From: Phycisphaera mikurensis NBRC 102666
GTDB lineage: Bacteria; Planctomycetota; Phycisphaerae; Phycisphaerales; Phycisphaeraceae
Reading direction: 5' to 3'
Length of the DNA: 32,000 bases
Assembly (NCBI RefSeq): GCF_000284115.1
Contig: NC_017080.1
Span: 2,370,001-2,402,000, forward strand
Shown here: positions 28,339 through 32,000 of the stretch, one piece after another
Position numbering within the stretch: the first letter of the stretch is position 1
Layout of the letters: every line of letters starts with the position of its first letter
The notes under the pieces: generated by a model
Databases searched by the model: none
What the model was told of the DNA's origin: nothing
The model's input: the letters and a program-made list of their open reading frames with translations, nothing else
Made by a program: the position numbers and the translations under genes

Positions 28339-29697
28339 CTAGAACGCCAGCGTCAGGTCGAACGTCAGGCGGGTCACGTCGGGCCGGCCGTTCTCGCCGA
28401 AGAAGTAGGCGGCCTTGCCGCCGACGGTCAGGTTCTCGGTGAGCTTCTGCGTGAGGACCGCGTCGATCTCGCTGCCGTAGTCGTCGCTGCCCTCGTCGGG
28501 CTGGAAGAGGTGGTACGCGACGAGCGCATTGGTGCCCTTGGGCAGGAAGCCGGCCTTGGCGTAGAAGTAGATGTCCTGCAGGCCGGCCGCGGGCGTCACG
28601 AGGAACTGGTCCGCGAAGCCGTTGAACTTGTGGTTCGTGCCCAAGGGCGTCTGGAAGGCGGCGACGCCGTCGTCGCTGCCGAGCAGCTCGTAGCCGGCGC
28701 CCAGCGTGCCGATGTTCTTCACCGCGAGGGCGACGTCGCCGAGCGCGTAGTTGGCGGTGTAGCCGACGGGGTTGTCGCCGGCCTCGCTCTGCGTCGCCCA
28801 GCTCGCCTGGTAGAGCAGGCTGACGCTGTCGTCGAGCGGCAGCTTGCCGGCGAGGCGGACGCCGAAGGTGTCGCTGGAGGCGCCTGCGCCGTTGTCGAAG
28901 TCGAGCAGGTAGGCGAAGCCCGAGAGCTTGCCCGGACTCTTCTTCCCCCCGGGGATCGCGTACGAGACGTTGATGAGGTGGCTGTCGCTCTGGAAGTCGC
29001 GCTCCTCGGCAAAGATCCGGTTCACCTGGTTCACGTAGCCGTAGAAGAGCTGCAGGCCGTCGAGCCCGAGGTCGGTGGTGAAGGTGCCCGCGTCGAAGGT
29101 CTGGTTGTCCTGCCGCCAGCCGACGTGCCCGACGAAGCGCTGGTCGTCGAGCACGATCACCTGCCGGCCGGCCTTGGCGTTGAGCGCGATCGGCGAGCCG
29201 CCCTCACCGGCGGGCAGCGCGTAGCCCAGCCACAGCTCGTTGAGCTCGGTGACCTCCGGGTCGGCGATCACCGGTCGGCCGGCGACGCCGTTGAGGCCGG
29301 CGGCGTTGTAGATGTCGTAGTTCCCGCTGCGGATGTCCTCGAACTCGATGTACCCCTGCAGCCCGAGCCAGTCGCCGGTGAGGTAGCCGATGCGGGTGCG
29401 GACGGTGGTGGCGTTGGATTGCTCGGGCAGCGTGCTGAACTCCGCGTACTCGTAGCGGCCGCGGACGTTGACCTTCACCTTGCCGTTCTTGAGGGCGTCG
29501 AACGCATCCGGCTCGACCACCGGCTCCTCCGGCGGGAGGGCGAGCGGATCGGCGGGGCCCTCGGGCGTGGGCACGCTCTCCTGGGGCAGCTCGGTGATCG
29601 GCCCGGAGGTGGCCGGGGTCTCCACGGCGGGCTGCCCGAGCGCGGGCGTGGAGGCGCAGGCGGCGGCGAGCAGGAGCGTGCGGGCGGGTGTGTTCAT
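28339..29697 (-). CDS. Outer-membrane beta-barrel porin (alginate-export-like family)
   Basis: Signal peptide MNTPARTLLLAAACASTPALGQPA; alternating amphipathic strands (VNVRGRYEYAEFSTLPEQSNATTVRTRIGYLTGDWLGLQGYIEFEDIRSGNY), terminal aromatic VTRLTFDLTLAF. Confidence 0.75.
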   Translation of the reverse strand: MNTPARTLLLAAACASTPALGQPAVETPATSGPITELPQESVPTPEGPADPLALPPEEPVVEPDAFDALKNGKVKVNVRGRYEYAEFSTLPEQSNATTVRTRIGYLTGDWLGLQGYIEFEDIRSGNYDIYNAAGLNGVAGRPVIADPEVTELNELWLGYALPAGEGGSPIALNAKAGRQVIVLDDQRFVGHVGWRQDNQTFDAGTFTTDLGLDGLQLFYGYVNQVNRIFAEERDFQSDSHLINVSYAIPGGKKSPGKLSGFAYLLDFDNGAGASSDTFGVRLAGKLPLDDSVSLLYQASWATQSEAGDNPVGYTANYALGDVALAVKNIGTLGAGYELLGSDDGVAAFQTPLGTNHKFNGFADQFLVTPAAGLQDIYFYAKAGFLPKGTNALVAYHLFQPDEGSDDYGSEIDAVLTQKLTENLTVGGKAAYFFGENGRPDVTRLTFDLTLAF

Positions 29698-30036
29698 CTT
29701 CAACAGTTTCCTGGGGAGCGGGCCCCGGCGGGATCCACGAGCGCGGAACAGGACGGCCTCCGGCGACCCGCTGGCCGCCGGAGACGCCGTTGTCTCCGCA
29801 GAGCCCCGCGCACGCGGCGGGGCACCGAATCGGGATGGACTTCAAGACCGGCGGCGGCGTTGCCGCGGATCGGCCGTGCGAAGTGCAAACCATGTGCCGG
29901 CGTATCGGCCGGCAACGGCCGCTCCGCGGGCGGCCGGTGCCTCCGCCGCGGGCATCGAGCCGCCGGATGCCGCCGCCGTGCGCAAGGGGCAAGCGGCTCT
30001 CCTGCGCATGGCCCATCGGTCGGCCAAGAACATCTC

Positions 30037-30115
30037 CGGGTGCCACGCCGCTTGCGGGGTGGCGAGGGCGGGAGGTCGCCGCGACGCGGCCACCCCGCAA
30101 GCGGCGTGGCACCCG
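30037..30115. repeat. 27-bp perfect inverted repeat with 25-nt spacer
   Basis: CGGGTGCCACGCCGCTTGCGGGGTGGC (30037-30063) and its exact reverse complement GCCACCCCGCAAGCGGCGTGGCACCCG (30089-30115). Confidence 0.95.
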
Positions 30116-30264
30116 GGCATCGGGGGGTGGCGAGGGCGGGAGGTCGCCGTGACGCGGCCACCCCGCAAGCGGCGTGGCACCCGGGCATCGGGGGGTGGCG
30201 AGGGCGGGAGGTCGTCGCGACGCGGCCACCCCGCAAGCGGCGTGGCACCCGGGCATCGGGGGGT
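30061..30264. repeat. Three tandem copies of a 68-bp unit
   Basis: GGCGAGGGCGGGAGGTCGCCGCGACGCGGCCACCCCGCAAGCGGCGTGGCACCCGGGCATCGGGGGGT starts at 30061, 30129 and 30197; copies differ at only two positions. Confidence 0.97.
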
Positions 30265-30276
30265 CTTGGAAGACCC
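30261..30276 (-). terminator. Hairpin GGGTCTT-GG-AAGACCC downstream of nasS-like gene
   Basis: 7-bp perfect stem 40 nt after the nasS-like stop codon. Confidence 0.4.
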
Positions 30277-30316
30277 GGCTGCTCGGCGCCGCCGGCGGAG
30301 GCACGGATCGCCCGCG

Positions 30317-31558
30317 TCAGCCCGCGTTGGCGGCGAGCAGCTCGGGCAGCGGGACGCGCAGGCGGTGGAGGCCGCAGCCGGCGAGGTAGTCCAGCGGCCG
30401 GGCGGGGTCGGGGCCGCGGCCGTCGAAGAGGCGCAGCGTGGCCTCGGCCACGGCGTCGCCCCCGGCGGGCGGCCGCGGCGCCTCGCCGGTCGCGGCGTCG
30501 AAGAGATCGTCTCGGTAGACCTCGGCGGCGACCCGCCCGACGTCCAGCGGTCGCTTCAGCATCCCCCACCGCAGCAGCTCCAGCAGGAACCACACGGCGT
30601 GCCGGCGGTCCGGTCGGTTGACGCCCTCGCCCGCGAAGACGTGGAAGCTCGCATCGGGCGTGGGCGGAACCCCCAGCGGCTCGCGGCCGGTGCGGAAGCG
30701 CCCGCGAAGCGAGCGGGCGATGATCTCGGCCGGCTCCCCCACGTACTGCGGCTGCGCGAGGATCTCCGCGGTCCGGTCGCGGTTCTCCTCCGCCTGCACC
30801 CAGCGGGCGGCCGCGACGATCGCCCGGATCAGCGCGGCGTGCGTGGCGGGGTGGCGCTCGGCCCAGCCGGCGGTGACGCCGAGCACCTTCTCGGGACCGG
30901 CCCCCTGCAGCTGCCGCTTGGTTATGGCGACGCGGCCGACGCCCTCGGCCACCGCCACCGAGTTCCAGGGCTCGCCGACGCAGAAGCCGTCGAGCTCGCC
31001 CGCCGCCAGCGCCGCCGCCATCCGCGGCGGCGGCACGACGATGAGCTCGACGTCGTGATCGGGGTCGACGCCCGCGGCGGCGAGCCAGTAGCGCAACTCG
31101 AACTCGTGCGTGCTGCCGCCGAACACGATGCCGAAACGCAGGCGAGGGCGGTCGTCCCGCTCGCGGCGTCGCACCTCCGCGAGCACCCCCTCGGCCGACA
31201 GCGGGGCCGTGCCGGCGGTCGCCGGCGCCGCGGCCTCCACGGCCTCGGACAGCGCCACCGACAGCGTGACCGCGTTGCCGTTGAGGCCCAGGCTCACGCC
31301 GGTGAGCAGCGGCCGCCGCACGCCGTTGACGCCCAGCGTCGTGGCCAGCAGCATGGGCGCGATCATCTGGGCGCCGTCGAGCACGCCGTAGGCGACCTTG
31401 TCGCGCACGGCCGCCCAGGAGCGCTCGCGACTGGTGGTCACGCGGAGGCCCTCGTCCGCGAAGAAGCCGCGCTCGACGGCCACGGCCAGCGGGGCGCAGT
31501 CGGTCAGCGGGATCAGGCCGAGCACGACGTCGGCGCGTTCGGGGGCGGAGCGGATCAT
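30317..31558 (-). CDS. nasS: NrtA/CmpA-like periplasmic-binding-fold protein without signal peptide; probable NasS nitrate/nitrite sensor
   Basis: VVLGLIPLTDCAPLAVAVERGFFADEGLRVTTSRERSWAAVRDKVAYGVLDGAQMIAPMLLATTLG is characteristic of NrtA/NasS; no leader peptide; ATGA overlap with the upstream ANTAR gene. Confidence 0.83.
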   Translation of the reverse strand: MIRSAPERADVVLGLIPLTDCAPLAVAVERGFFADEGLRVTTSRERSWAAVRDKVAYGVLDGAQMIAPMLLATTLGVNGVRRPLLTGVSLGLNGNAVTLSVALSEAVEAAAPATAGTAPLSAEGVLAEVRRRERDDRPRLRFGIVFGGSTHEFELRYWLAAAGVDPDHDVELIVVPPPRMAAALAAGELDGFCVGEPWNSVAVAEGVGRVAITKRQLQGAGPEKVLGVTAGWAERHPATHAALIRAIVAAARWVQAEENRDRTAEILAQPQYVGEPAEIIARSLRGRFRTGREPLGVPPTPDASFHVFAGEGVNRPDRRHAVWFLLELLRWGMLKRPLDVGRVAAEVYRDDLFDAATGEAPRPPAGGDAVAEATLRLFDGRGPDPARPLDYLAGCGLHRLRVPLPELLAANAG

Positions 31559-32000
31559 CGAGATCTCCTCGGCGCGGCGGGGGAGGGTTCAGGAGGCGGA
31601 GCGGTCGTCTGCCGAGAAGCGGGGTTGGAAGCCGCAGCGGGGGCGAGCAGCGACGCGGCGGCGAGCATCCCCGCCGCGACCTCGCCGACCCGCTGCTTGC
31701 GGTCCATCGCGGCCTTGCGGAGCACGGCGTAGGCCTCGGGCTCGGTGATGCCGCGGCCGGACATGAGCAGCGCCTTGGCGCGGTCCACGTGCTTGCGCTC
31801 GTCCAGCGTGCTCTTGGCGTGCTCGAGCTCCCGCCGCATGGCCTGCTGCTGGCGGAAGTGCGCGATCGCCACGTCGATGATCGGCTTCACACGGGCGGAC
31901 GCCAGCCCGTCGACGATGTACGCGGACACGCCCGCCTCGACGGCGCGGGCGATGGTGCCCTCGTCCTCGTCTTGGCTGAACATGACCACGGGCCGGGGCA
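31555..32000 (-). CDS. nasT: ANTAR-domain RNA-binding response regulator (NasT-like), N-terminus beyond the window
   Basis: End of receiver domain (AVEAGVSAYIVDGLASARVKPIIDVAIAHF) followed by ANTAR signature LDERKHVDRAKALLMSGRGITEPEAYAVLRKAAMDRKQRVGEVA; partner NasS-like gene directly downstream. Confidence 0.88.
   Translation of the reverse strand, partial: PRPVVMFSQDEDEGTIARAVEAGVSAYIVDGLASARVKPIIDVAIAHFRQQQAMRRELEHAKSTLDERKHVDRAKALLMSGRGITEPEAYAVLRKAAMDRKQRVGEVAAGMLAAASLLAPAAASNPASRQTTAPPPEPSPAAPRRSR

Noticed and set aside
30061-30264. Coding tandem-repeat protein (peptide GCHAACGVA-like translation of the 68-bp unit)
   Set aside because: 68 is not divisible by 3, so consecutive copies are read in different frames, which is not expected for a protein repeat.
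28180-31732. Plus-strand ORFs 28180..30621 and 29468..31732, and minus-strand ORF 29700..30593
   Set aside because: They overlap well-supported porin and nasS genes and translate the 68-bp repeat into low-complexity peptide; no homologous motifs.

Overview
High-GC chromosomal window, probably Planctomycetota/Phycisphaerae-like (inference only). Supported content: a CPBP-type membrane protease (5' truncated), purQ, a Gfo/Idh/MocA oxidoreductase, tRNA-Arg(TCG), sppA-type signal peptide peptidase, a large FAD/Fe-S D-lactate/glycolate-type dehydrogenase, an alpha/beta hydrolase, pdxJ, glycerate kinase, tadA, tRNA-Ala(TGC) and an LpxH-like phosphoesterase. These are followed by a 7-gene type II secretion/type IV pilus-like cluster (E, F and five pseudopilin-like proteins, the last about 1124 aa), a HIT protein, mobA, a moaC-mogA fusion, an outer-membrane porin-like protein, and a nasS-nasT-like pair cut by the right edge. 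The most unusual feature is a non-coding hierarchical repeat block at 913..2181. It has fifteen near-identical 46-bp units, each carrying nested palindromes, interleaved with a 171-bp element that contains an inverted partial copy of the unit. A second, unrelated 68-bp tandem repeat with a 27-bp perfect inverted repeat lies at 30037..30264, between nasS and the porin gene. No CRISPR, cas genes, transposase or recognised defence system was found.
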